DNA of 63,734 nucleotides, the filler included, from Welwitschia mirabilis (lineage: Eukaryota): NCBI GenBank assembly GCA_051453625.1. It is 5 parts of one record of this genome, joined end to end, with 100 filler letters (N's around TTAATTAATTAA, not from the genome) between each part and the next. Parts side by side here need not be neighbours in the genome. Positions count along the whole stretch, not along the records: positions 1 to 30,041 come from JBOZIK010000001.1; positions 30,142 to 51,482 come from JBOZIK010000001.1; 3 more parts are not named here. The stretch is one strand, 5' to 3'. The notes beneath the pieces were generated by a model, which worked only from the letters and a program-made list of their open reading frames with translations, did not search any database and was not told the origin of the DNA. Every line of letters starts with the position of its first letter. The first letter of the stretch is position 1. Shown here piece by piece: positions 26,730 through 38,779 of this stretch. A program made the position numbers and the translations under genes.

Positions 26730-29700
26730 AAGTGCTTCTATCATGTTCATGGAAGTTTTAACAGTTTTCCATTAACTTTCTAAATTTCTTTAGTCTCTAA
26801 ATCTAAAATCTTAATAGAGCCATTAAAATGCACTTTCTCTACAAGATGATGACTTAGCCATTTAGAAGTCAACCTATTATTCAAAAGATGTACTCTAATG
26901 TTATATAAAAGAACAAGTTTACATGGTTTAAACTTTTTATGAAGTATCTTTTTATCATGTTTGAACTTATCTTAGGTCTTATGAATTAATTAATGATGTA
27001 TAGCATGAGTTCATTTTCATCAAGGTGATCTAATTGGGCTAATCTATGTTTAAGGTTTTTATGAAGACCCACAATAGTAAGTTAAGAAGAAGCATGATAA
27101 GATTTATAGCATACATCAATAGGTAAGATACAAACTTTTCCATACACAAGTTTATAAGGTGAAAAACTAAGATAAGTACACCAAGTAGTATAGTAACTTC
27201 AAAAAACATCGTTAAAATTAAAATCAAGATTTTTTATTAATAGAGATAAGTTTTTGCAACATTTTATTAATTTCTCTATTTGCATTCATCCTGTCTATTA
27301 GTCTAAGGATAATAAGCATAAGCTACTCTATGTTCTATTTTAATGGACAAAATAATTTTTCTACAAACTTGATTAATAAAATAAGTTCCTTGATTGCTAA
27401 TTATAATCCTAGGAAAATTAAATCTCTAAAACATATGAGTTCGAAGAAAATGACAAATACTTTAAACATCATTCAAAGAAGTAGGAATAGCTTCAATTCA
27501 TTTAGTGACATAATTTATAGCCACTAAAATATAATGTTTATCATGATAAGGTAGGTGAATAGGGCCTATGAAATCAATACCACAATAATCAAAAGGTTCA
27601 CATTTAAGAATAAGTCTAAGGGGTATCTATTGATCATGAATAAGGTTACCATAATGTTAATAAGAATCACACCTCCTATCAAAATCAAAAGAATCCTGAA
27701 AAAGAGTAGGCTAATAAAAACTAGAATGAAGAATTTCCATAGTTGTTTTTTATCCACTAAAATGTTCTCCACAAATAATACCATAATAAAGATAAAGGAT
27801 TTCATATTTTTTCTAATCAGATACACATTTTTGCATAATTTAATCTTTACACCTACAATATAAATGTGGTTCTATCCACTTATAGTTACCTATTCTATGG
27901 AGAAAATATTTTCATTGATTATAAGTCCAATGTTGTGATGTTTTTATGGTAATAAGATAATTATAAATATTCACATACCAAGGAGGAGGATGAATATAAG
28001 ATATAGCAAAAAGTTACTCATCTAGAAAAGAATCATCAATAATAGAATCATTAGGAGAAGAAAAAAGACGAGACAAATAATTAGTAACACAATTATACTT
28101 CCCTTCTTTATCAATGATGGTCAAACTAAATTCTTGCATAAGGAGTATTGATCTAATTAATCTAGTACTAGAATCTTTCTTAGTCATAAGGCAACAAATA
28201 GTAGCATAATTGGTATAAACATTTGTATGAAAATCTAAAAGATAATGTTCAAATGTATCAAGGCAAAAGATGACAGCTAATATTTCCTTCTCTGTAGTAA
28301 TGTAATTTATTTGAGTTCTAGACAGGGATTTGCTATGGTAAGCTATAACTTTAAAATCATTTCTATATTTTTAATAAAGTATCCCATCTATGGAAAAATT
28401 ACTCTCATCACATATCAATTCAAAATATTTTTCCTGATTAGGTCCCATTACAATAAGAGCATAAGAAAGTTTAAATTTAAGCCTATCAAAAGCAAGCTGA
28501 CAAGATTTATTCCATTTAAATTTAGCTTCTTTTTATAGTAATGAGTAAATGGGTTTACAAGTATTTGCATAATCATGAATAAATCAATGATAAAAACCAT
28601 AATAACTAAGAAAAGATCTAACCTCTTTCACATTTGTAGGGGGATTTAGGTTTTAAATGATACTGACTTTCTAAGGTCTATCCTAATCCCCTCTTTTGAA
28701 ATATGATGACCTAAAACAATTTCACACTTAACCAAAAATAAACTCTTTTCCCAACTCAAATGTAAGCTACTAGAAATGCAACGATCAAGGACTTTTTCTA
28801 ATTATTCTAAAATTTATTCAAAAGTTTCAATATAAATAGAAAAGTCATCCATAAAAATTTTAATTAAATCTTCTAACATAGCAAAAAAAAAAATTCATCA
28901 TAGCATGCTAAAAAGTATCAGGAGAATTACAAAGTTCAAAAGGCATGTTTCAAAAAGCGGGAGTACCAAAAGATAAAGTGAAAGTAGTTTTAGCTTGGTC
29001 CTCACTAGCAATACAAACCTAATTATAATCACTATATCCATTAAGAAAATAATAAAATGCATATCCCTGAATCCTATCAAGTATCTAATTAAGAAAAAGT
29101 AAAGAACAATAATCTTTTTTGGTTATTCCATTTAGTTTTCTAAAATCTATGCACATCCTTCATTTTCCATCTTTCTTAGGTACTATCATCAAAGGGCTAA
29201 TCCACTCACTATTAAATATGGCATAAATGATTTTAGTATCCATTAATTTTATGATTTCATCTTTAATAACTAACTTAAGAACTAGATTAAGTCTACATTA
29301 AAATTACCTAATAGGTTTTGTATTATCTTCAACGTAGATTTTATATTAAATAATTATGGTAGAAATGGCTATCAAATATTTATGATACCAAGTAAACACA
29401 TTTACCTTAGATTTCAAAAGAGAGATTAAACTCAATTCTTATTAAGGAAAAATATTTTAATTAATTATTAAAGGTTTATTCAGATCATTATTCATAAAAA
29501 CGTATTTTAGTCCACTAGATAAAGGTTTCAGATTTAGATTTAAATTTAGATTTTTATTTTTATTAAATTTTTAGAAAAGTTTATTGTCATCCCAGACTAT
29601 CATCTGGACATCAGTAGTGGATGACCACCTTTAAAGTATGAAATCTCAACTATATTCAAATCTTAGACTTCTACACTATTGAAAGACTTAATCTCTCTAC

Positions 29701-30041
29701 TCTTTAGATCAAAATAATCAAGTTTTACATGGCCAAAATCAAGTTGATATTCATAAAAAATACTCAAGTTGTCTACTTTCAATTGATTATCAAACAAAGT
29801 TAGTCCATAAAGCATTAACCATCTCTCTTCAAGTGGATGATGCTATAAAAAAAAAAGTTGGATTTATTTCTTCTTCTACACTCAAATTAATTCTTAAATC
29901 TTATTCAGCCACATCAAACACTCTTATTGAAAACTTCTTATTTTCTAAATAACACTCCATCAAACCTATTCTTGTATCTATGATATAATAGGCTATTTTA
30001 TAAAAATCTTTACCTAGAAGTAAAGGATAACCATCATTATG
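26730..30041 (-). pseudogene. Degenerate Gypsy pol (PR-RT-RH-INT)
   Basis: Motifs listed for the element occur in Gypsy domain order. Confidence 0.9.
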
Positions 30042-30141
30042 NNNNNNNNNNNNNNNNNNNNNNNNNNNNNNNNNNNNNNNNNNNNTTAATTAATTAANNN
30101 NNNNNNNNNNNNNNNNNNNNNNNNNNNNNNNNNNNNNNNNN
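30042..30141. other. Artificial scaffold-join gap N44-TTAATTAATTAA-N44
   Basis: Six-frame stop linker centred in a 100-bp gap; identical structures at 51483-51582, 56419-56518 and 60779-60878. Confidence 0.95.
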
Positions 30142-30340
30142 TATTTTACATTTAAATGTTTTAATGTAGTATAGGAAGTCTAAAAATTCATTCAAATACT
30201 ACAAATTGTATTTAAAATGTCAACAAATGAGACTCTTTAGTGACTTCTGAGTCTGTGCCGAGTCGGCTCCTGATTCAGGCCGAGTCACAAGTTTTTTCCC
30301 CTAGCCGAGTCGGGTCGCGAGTCCGAGTGTTGCAACAATG
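30142..30340. mobile_element. Terminus of a probable hAT-type DNA transposon
   Basis: Clustered CCGAGTC/GACTC subterminal repeats ending in GTGTTGCAACAATG (reverse complement CATTGTTGCAACACTCGG, a CA-starting TIR-like end); the other end is not visible. Confidence 0.6.
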
Positions 30341-30559
30341 ACCACAATCCTTCTTCTTTGGTTTTAATCTCATGGCCTAATTTGATTGGATGCCCCCATT
30401 CTCCACTCCATCTTCATAACCCAACTTTAAGCCTAATCCTTGCTAGTTGTGCAACATCCTGAACATAGAAATTCCTCAGGTTTCGATTATCAATCAGATG
30501 CTCAAATATCTGATTAGTGATTAGACACCCAAATGTCTTGGTTTTGCTTCTTTTTTCTT

Positions 30560-32959
30560 TGCTACATTTCATCCTCTCTCCCATCAAATCATAACATACT
30601 TGATTGCCTATCATAGCACGTTCCACCTTGTGACGCTTGTGTATGCTAAATTCCTATGGTTAAAGTTACCAAGTTCTCCCAAATTGCTTCCAATCTAGTG
30701 GTCACATGTAGACCTTAACACTATTATCCAATTCGATATCTTGAGCATTAAGCTCATTGAGGATGACTTCATCACCAGTTAATAGTTCTTGTTAATGAAA
30801 TAACATGATGGTAACCTCGAAGATCCCACTACTAAAATACATATTGAAAAATAATGGAACTTCTCATGCATCGAAGACTCTCAAATGTGGTAAGCCACTT
30901 GACTTGGCTGTCTTTGATGACCGGATTAAAATTCTTATCACCTATTCAAAAGCCTTTGCATTGTCATATTTTAACATGCATAGCCTTAACCCCACTGTTA
31001 CCATCATAATGTTATCCTTGATTAGAAATTTAAACTTGACAAGCAAAAAGCATGACAAGTGCACCACAAAGCTTGTGTTGTAGTTAAATATGGATTGGAT
31101 ACATTTCTTATGCTTAGATTGATACACCCAATTGATTACTTTAGAAGCCTCAATATCAGGTTCATCTTTGTCAAGAAAAATGGAGGAATACATATATTTA
31201 TTGATTCTCATGATCTTAATCATGCTACATTGAGGGATAACTTTCCTTTAACAAATATCGATCAGTTGTTTAATTTGATAGTTAGCCACGATCTTATGTC
31301 ATTTCTGGTTGATCTCTTCTAGAAGACTAGCTGAAAAGTAAAAACTACATTTATGACCCAATGGGGTACATTGTGCTACATCATGTTGTCTATTGGCCTC
31401 AAGAATGTCAAGGCGACATATCAACATGCAATGCATTACATCTCTAGTGATTTCATTGGTCCATTTGTTGGTAGCTATATTGATGACATCACTATCAGAT
31501 CCAAAGTAGTAGAAGCTCCTCCTAGGCATTTGGTATTCAATTTGTTGCTAGGCATTTGATGATGATTACGTTGTCATCACCTAAAAAATAGGACTCCAAG
31601 GATGAGTCTAGTCAACTCAATGATTTATATCTAATCTTTCAATTGGTTGCAAAGCATTTTCTTATGTAACCAACAAGAAGATCTAATTTACTTGGCATTC
31701 AAAGTGTTAACAAGCATTGGATGACATCAAACAATCTTGCATTGCATCACTAGTATTGCATTTGCTTAAAGGTAGTAAATCATTTTACATCTAGTTGACT
31801 TACACTAATAGCTTTGCCAATCGGACTCCTTTGCTAGCATGATAAGCATAACATGGATCTTCCAATTTACCACATCAACGACACATTGGTGGATTACAGA
31901 ACAAGAGATTTAGACATCATAAAACAGTGTTTCTATCATTGTCTTCTTCATTGTGATTTGTAGGGACAAAGTCCTGCATGCACTTAACTCTAAGAAATAC
32001 GATCAATCAAGGTTAGCTTATTGGTGCACAATCATTGTTGAATTCGACCTTCATTTTGAAGCACAACACTTAGTTAAAGGTTTGTTAGCGATGGACCAAT
32101 TAGCAACAATTCCACTACCTAATGCCCATCCTATTGGCACACCATTACTCGATGAGTTCCTTCAGCTCATATCATCTATCCATGACCACGAATCATCCAC
32201 ATCCTAACTTGACTTCTAAATCATTAATGACTTTAAGGATATCAAGTCCAACCATGGTACTCTCACATTTCATTCTACATGACCTTTGCCTCAACTTCAC
32301 AATTATCACTTTCAATATCGTCAAAAATGAAGGTCTTGCGTATGGTCTCCAAATTGCTCATATAGAAAACATATAATCTATCCTTCTCAACGGTGACTCC
32401 TAGTTGATTATCAATTACATTGTTGGCACCTGTGAATGTCAAAAAGAATATTTTGTCCCATACCTTTGCTTAGTGAACTCCCTCCTTATGTATTTTATAG
32501 CCACGATATCATCATTATCCCCCCCAACAAAAACTAGGTCATCGACCTCACTGCCTCTCTTCTTCTCCATGTATTCATCTAATAACTATCCTCGTTGCAT
32601 TCTAAACCCTACACCTTTACTTGTCTACTTTACTTCTTTCGCTTATCAAGACAATGATCCCATGTCTATATCTACTAATATCCATGCACCACATTACTAA
32701 AGCACCTATAGTCACTTGTCCATAGGAAATTACGCACCACATCTCATGTAATTCCAATGAGATAGTTTACGCCAACATAGTCCATGCTACACACTGGATT
32801 ATTAAAAACTTTACAAGTGAGTATTTGATGATTTACTACTTCAATGCCTTGATGTGAATAAAGTGGCATAAGTTCTTTAGGATTTGCACTGTGGAATGTA
32901 TGGTAGCCACCACAACATGTGTGTTATAGTCAAACACAACTTACACCAAGATTTCTTTT

Positions 32960-33002
<43 letters not shown>

Positions 33003-33330
33003 GTCTCTCTCTCTCTCTGGGCCTAAAATTGAAGTGGATTGCGCTCATTGTGTCAAACACTATCTTGAATGTCAAATACATGGTAAGCTCATGTTCCACC
33101 TCCTCCCTCAACCCCCAAACATCTGCTAGACCTTTTAGGCTTGGGGCCTTGATCTCAACAAAGGCATTTCATCACCTTTGATTCAATGCTACTAATGCAT
33201 CACCAAGACCATCAAGTATTTCACAAAATGTATTGAAGCTATCCCACTCTACCTCATCATTGGTAAACTCATTTTCCATTTCATTCGAGCCCATATATTA
33301 GCCCTCTTCAAATAGTTCAATATCCAATAT
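30560..33330 (+). mobile_element. Degenerate Tat-clade Ty3/Gypsy pol (RT, RNase H, additional RNase H, integrase)
   Basis: FVKKNGGIHIFIDSHDLNHATLRDNFPLTNID; CYIMLSIGLKNVKATYQHAM; YIDDITIRSK; second RNase H NIVKNEGLAYGLQIA...GDS*LIINY; LHCGMYGSH; WGLDL; YFTKCIEAIPL. Confidence 0.88.
32964..33018. repeat. (TC)n microsatellite with two TG interruptions, inside the integrase Zn-finger region
   Basis: Read directly from the sequence. Confidence 0.95.
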
Positions 33331-34805
33331 TTATTTTTCGCTCCATGTTTTGCTTAGGGAAACGACTAAAGTTTAATCATCCAATAAGACCATTATTTCT
33401 CTTCGTAAGAAAATGGTTGGGTCCAACTCAAAATCTGGGCATGAAAGCTACTTCACACCCTAGGCACACTGCACTAAATAGTGCATTGCAAGTTGTGAAA
33501 CCTCATTTCCCCTCACCTCTGGTATAGTAGTCATCGTTAGCATTAAACACTCTATCCCCACATATCACATCAAACTGCAATCCTTCTTCCTTGAAACTCC
33601 AAGTAATGTAGAAACATGTTTTAATGAATTCAACTTTCTCAATTGTTATTGTGTAGCCGTCGCTTAGCATATTTCCTATAACTCGTTCACATTGCCAAAA
33701 CCTTTGACAAATGCATCCAAACCTGTGACCTTCAAATTGGCATACTTGCGCTTTGCTATTGCTCTTATACCTACTCATTTTCCCAAGATGGATTAGACTA
33801 TATATAATTCATGTTGAATACCTAAATAGGGCATTTGAACTTAAAATAGTCATAATACATTCCTTCCTAAGCTATCAATATGCACTGTTTTAAATGCTAC
33901 TACCAATAGTTTCCCCATCCAAATTGTTTTTTGCCTTCCAACTTTTCTTGCATCTATCTGCTTCCTTACTACTCTCTTATCCCTCTCTCCCTAGGATTCT
34001 CCCTTATTGCTACTTCCTCATACTTGAATTTGTCATGTTCCTTCAATTTTTCATTTATATAGTTGACATTGCTTTTTCACGTTCGCTTCAATCCTCTCTT
34101 CTTTCTTGCTTATTCCTTTATTCATTCCTCCTCTTTTATCTTTCTTTCTAATCCCTTCCTTCTCTGTTCCTTGGATACTTTGTCTCTTTACTTTCTTCCA
34201 AATATCAACATTTTGGTTACAAATTCCCAGTTTTCAACAATCTCTAGTCTGTAGTGTCCACAATTGCCTTTAGCAACACTCATTATTATCTTATTTCATC
34301 AATCACTTAGCTTTGACTATGGTATTCCTTTCCTTAGCATAGCGTATAGTGGAGAGGAGTAACACTAGCATCATGATTCCAACGTGACAACATAACATGG
34401 TCTAACCATTTGTGCCTTAACAATGACAAGGAACCCCTTGCATGCTTCATGTTAGCAAAACATGCGCTTTACTCATCATCAACAACACAACAAGAATTAC
34501 ATCTCTAGTTGTGGTTCAAATCTTTAACATTTTATCAACTAATACACTCTTTTCAACAAACTATCATTCTTTGTATGCATCCTTCATTCTATTTGTAGGA
34601 CACCTCTGGGCAAAACTATAAGGATGAATGTTGATTTATGTAATAATGTGGTGTTGTAAGTTAGCAATCATAACCCTTTCGTGTGTCCCTGTTGCATCCT
34701 ATTTAGTTCCGAAGATCATCGAGCCTAGTTCAAAATTATCAAAATCATGATGCTTAGTCATTTTCTTCTCATAGGTGTGCAAACCCTCTTAGTAAACAAC
34801 TATAA

Positions 34806-34861
34806 AACTTAGATTTGGACACTGAGGTGCCACAACTTAGGTTTGGACACCCTGGTGCCAT
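34806..34861. repeat. 28-bp tandem duplication (AACTTAGRTTTGGACAC...GGTGCCA)
   Basis: Units at 34806-34833 and 34834-34861. Confidence 0.8.
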
Positions 34862-34934
34862 GAAAACTGTAATAGGGGTTATATACTATGTTTGGAGTTT
34901 TGACATGTGATAAGTCTCCTTAAAACTTTAAAAT

Positions 34935-35319
34935 TGTTGGAAGTGAAGCCAAATCTCTTGATGTTAGTTATTCCTTTGTAGTTTGACTTTATATATAGTC
35001 CTGTTCTTGTTGTAATTTACTATTAAAGGGAGAAGGGAAGTCTAATGGATTCATCTAGAAAGTTCTAAAGTTAGGGTTAGGGTTTCTACTCTAAAAGAAA
35101 ATCTATATAAAGAGAGTAGAGGCATAGAATGCTTTAAGGTGTGCAGGAGTCAAGAGTTGCAATATTGGCTATTGAGGACGGCTTGTGTCCTTGCCCTTTT
35201 CATTCTAATAGAGAGTTCTGCATTGCTTCCATGGTTTTTTTCCCACATTGGGGTTTTCCACGTAAATCTGATGTGTTGATGTTTGCATTTTGCTTTTGCT
35301 CTGCTGCATTTGTCTAACA
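34935..35319 (+). mobile_element. Solo LTR (Copia-type), 385 bp, with 5-bp TSD AAAAT
   Basis: TGTTGG...CTAACA termini; AAAAT at 34930-34934 and 35320-35324; CTATATAA box at ~35103; GGTTTTTTTCCCACATTGGGGTTTTCCACGTAAAT, typical of Copia U5. Confidence 0.9.
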
Positions 35320-35470
35320 AAAATTGCTTATAAATATCCTAATAAAACCATATTTCAGAATTGAATGCATGACTATGGATCCATCATTCAAGCTTTCAAG
35401 CATTCTTACACATCACTTAATTTAAGTTGTAGAACTTAACCCCACCAGCCCCCTTCCCCCCCTCCCTCGG

Positions 35471-35681
35471 GGTCCTTTTCGAAGAAGTTAATTTGTGGGA
35501 AACAGTACTACATTTGCCACCGCCTCTTCCCCACGGTCCTTTTGAAGAAGTCAATTCATGGGAAATAGTGCTACATTTGCCACTCCCCTCCCCCAACGTC
35601 TTTTTGAAGAAGTCAATTCATGGGAAACAATACTTGGTCCTTTTGAAGAAGTTAATTCATGGGAAACAGTACTACATTTGC
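35471..35681. repeat. Minisatellite of four units (~63 bp, one shortened)
   Basis: Core GGTCCTTTTGAAGAAGTYAATTCATGGGAAACAGTACTACATTTGC with C-rich linkers. Confidence 0.9.
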
Positions 35682-36689
35682 GAGAGTTACTAGTTTGCTT
35701 TCTTTGATAAAAACCCATGTGTAGCCCCTGTTAACTTGGGAGCTAACCATCGAATATTTAGTTCTTGCTTGTGATTTATATCCACACTGTTAAAGCCTAT
35801 GCCTAAGTGTACATTGAAGAGATGAGTAAGAACGACAAGTGAATCCACACATCATAGGATTCAAGCCCAAGATGGAAAACTATAGAACATATTGTAAGCT
35901 CTAAATCTCATTCAAACCATTCACCCAAGAGCACTAAAATCCAAAGAGGAACCATGTTGCAAACCTCTCATATGTTTTGGTCATGCATGAGCATGTTGTG
36001 TTGCTGATCTGTTACTAAAGGAGTTGTTTTTGTAGTTGGTCTTGCAAAGGCTTTGTAAGTTTTCAACATTTCAACAACATTTTCTCTTTGCGTTTAATGT
36101 TCTAGTTCTGTTTTTCTCTAATAAAATATTCAAATCCATAAGCTTAATCATCTCTTCCATCATTTTTAGTTTCGTAATCATTCTTAGCATAAAGCTAAAA
36201 TTCCTAGTGTATGTGAAGCCAAATTATTCCCTTTGTACTGTTATAATTGATGTTGACTCTTTTTTATGGTTATTGGAGTTTAATTATATTACAAAATCAC
36301 CTTGAGGTCAAAAAGTATAGTTAAGTGGGTGTTCACCAAAGGTTTTCATTGAAAGGAGTGTGTCTAGGGTATTCTAGAAAGTTCCACTTTACATCTATCA
36401 TATCTGAATTTCAGGTTGTGTTTTGCATCAAGTTGGGTAAAGTAACATTTGCCTTTGAGGAGTTATTCTTGTGGAAGTTTGAGATTTGAAGCTTGAAATC
36501 CTGTTTAGGCTTGGTTTTGTAGTAAGTGGTCTGCATTGCTTATTGTGGACATTTCCCTCAGCATTTGAGGGTTTTACTATGTAAATCTCTTTGTGTATTT
36601 ACTTTTGTTTTTGCCTTTTGCTGTCATTTTTATTAATAATCCCAACCTCAGTAAAGCCCTGAGGTAGGGTTTATGTTGTAGGGGTTAGG

Positions 36690-38779
36690 AAATCCATACC
36701 TTTCCACATATGTAGCGTGAGTTCTTAGCAGGTAGATGAGTAATTTTGGTCAGCATGATTGGCTTGTGGTAAAATGGATACTTCGATGTTTGAAGGGTAT
36801 ACAAATGACTTGCTTGTGCCTTGTTGATGGGACTTGCTTGTGCCTTGTTGATGGTGACTTGAACATCCATGGATTTGTAGACAATAATTTTGCAATAGAT
36901 TTAGAGGCTGGATGATCCACTACAGTGTATGCTTCTACTTTAGGAGGAGGTGCAACTAGTTGGTTATCAAGGTTTTAACCCTTAGTAATCTTGTCTACTA
37001 TAGAAGCTAATTATGTGGCTCTTATGAAAGGATGTAAGAAGATGTTTGGGTACATGGGTTTCTTTGTTCTTTTGGTGATAAGTCCATGGCATGCTTGCAT
37101 CATGAAGTTATGTGGTTATCTCTATATTGGCTGCTACACATCATCATTACGATAGCTCTAACTGGTTGAGAACAACAGGGAATGAAGCAACCTCCTGTAG
37201 CGCCATTCTTTTTGATAAATATCTATTTCTACTTGGTGTGCTATATAGCTATAGTATGTGTTAGCACAATGCATTGACACATACCTTCTTGCACTATATA
37301 AGCATCACCAGTTACTTCATTGCAAATAACTGAGTCATAAAATTTCCTTTGTAATTCAGTTTTCTAGTTAATATAAGACAGTTTTTCCTCCACATCATTC
37401 TCGTGCAATTGCCATTTATTCTAATATAATGCATCATTGGTTTGTGTTTGGCTTTGGGTCGTAGATCGGATAAAATACAATCTTTCATCTTAGCTTTTAA
37501 TCAATGCTTTTAAACATCAAGTGGCAGCATGTCTTTATACTTCACTCATTCTAGCATCATGTTTCGTTGCTCAAGTTTTGCAAATGCTACAAGTGCTAAC
37601 ACTGGAATGCTATATGTGTATAGTGTTGAGTTAATTGTGGGATATTAAATTTTCATTGTTACATTAATAGTTATTCCCAGTATGCCATTAGCTGTTGGAA
37701 ATAGCCCCATAGAACAAGAAACATCGTGCTAACAAGTGCCAAGTGATGTAATGAATTTAACCGCTTTTTGGTAACTTAGCTTGTTACTTAGGTAGGAATT
37801 AGGTTTCTTGACAACATTGATAAGTCATATTTATAACAAGAATTCCAAAAACGTTAGAAACTACACAAAATAACAAATTACTTCTAAACCCTCATCATTG
37901 TTAATAAAGAGGTGTTCACACTTTACAATTTGCCCTACCATCATTGAAGGGTAAGTCAACTTTGTTGAATTGTTTGCATGGTCAGTCTTATTACTTGGTT
38001 TGACACATAATAGGTACCAAGTGTTTTGTGATAGTTGAAGTGGCATATATTTTGCAAGAAATCAATCTTTTCATGGGAGGCCAAACACATGGATGTAAAA
38101 TTTCATTTTATTAGAGAAGTCATCGAGGATGGCTTAGTTGATATGCATAAGATTCACTCAGAGGGGAATGTTGCTTATACACTGACAAAGACAGTAATGG
38201 TAGAGAAGCATGTATGCTGCCAAGGAAAGCTTGAAATAGATGTGATGTGAGCAAAGGATGTTGGAAACAGTGGATCTCTTATTTCCTGGAAGGCTGGTCG
38301 GATTTGTCTTCAGGTGGAAGAACTATTGCAAGAGCGAAGCCTACTTATCCCTCCATGTTTTATGTTTCTCTTTATTTTTAAATGTTAGAAGGTAGTTAAA
38401 ATCTTTTTTGTGGACAAGTCTGTTTTTATAATTGAATGGTGAGTTGGAGTAACGTCAATGTTATGTTAGGGTTTTAGCACTAGTGAAAAGTTAAGTGTAC
38501 TGGGGTAGAGTGAGGCATCCAAAATGAAGAGAGGTGATAGGATTCAAGGGTTTGGATACTTGCTTAACAATTTTTTGTGCTACAACCATTGCTGTGTTTG
38601 CATTGCCCTTCTAGAGCTATCAAGGATGGCATATCTTCTTGGATTGTTGAATGACTAAGAGAGTTCTGCACTGTTCACATGGAGGCAGTGTAGAATGTGC
38701 CCAGAGCATGCTAAATCCTTTTGTTTCTCTTTCTTTTGTATTGTAACTTTAAGTGCTTTTACTTTATCATTTTGCAGCA
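36690..38779 (+). mobile_element. Fragmented Copia RT C-terminus/RNase H, PPT and probable 3' LTR (~38326-38779)
   Basis: VKWILRCLKG; STTVYASTLGGGATSWLSR...LSTIEANYVAL (36915-37025); VFCDS...KHMDVKFHFIREV...LTK (38021-38190); PPT-like CAGGTGGAAGAAC; unrelated ~0.9 kb lies between the two pieces. Confidence 0.8.
36807..36854. repeat. Perfect 24-bp tandem duplication
   Basis: GACTTGCTTGTGCCTTGTTGATGG occurs twice. Confidence 0.95.

Larger units (their letters stand above)
21184..30041 (-). mobile_element. Athila-like Ty3/Gypsy element, 3' two-thirds (PR end, RT, RNase H, integrase, extra ORF, 3' LTR), inserted in the SIRE RT
   Basis: Minus strand YPLLLGKDF (~30030), WISPLMIVPKKDGK*RMCIDFRKLN (~29200), IFMDDFS (~28850), ICDES (~28405), KVNGKLLK (~26770); PPT GGCTAAGTGGAGGGCTA at 22282-22298; LTR 21184-22281. 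Confidence 0.92.

Noticed and set aside
27555-27863. Overlapping hydrophobic ORFs on both strands
   Set aside because: Off-frame or antisense readings of the AT-shifted Gypsy integrase.
30086-30097. Palindromic TTAATTAATTAA repeated four times (also 51527, 56463, 60823)
   Set aside because: Always centred in N44...N44; an assembly linker with stops in all six frames, not biology.
35471-35681. CRISPR-like repeat/spacer appearance (also 17853-18182)
   Set aside because: Spacers are homologous or absent, repeats are degenerate, there are no cas genes and the context is eukaryotic TE sequence.
37910-37956. Possible micro-exon ending GG|GTAAGT
   Set aside because: No convincing acceptor or recognisable peptide, and it sits between Copia fragments.
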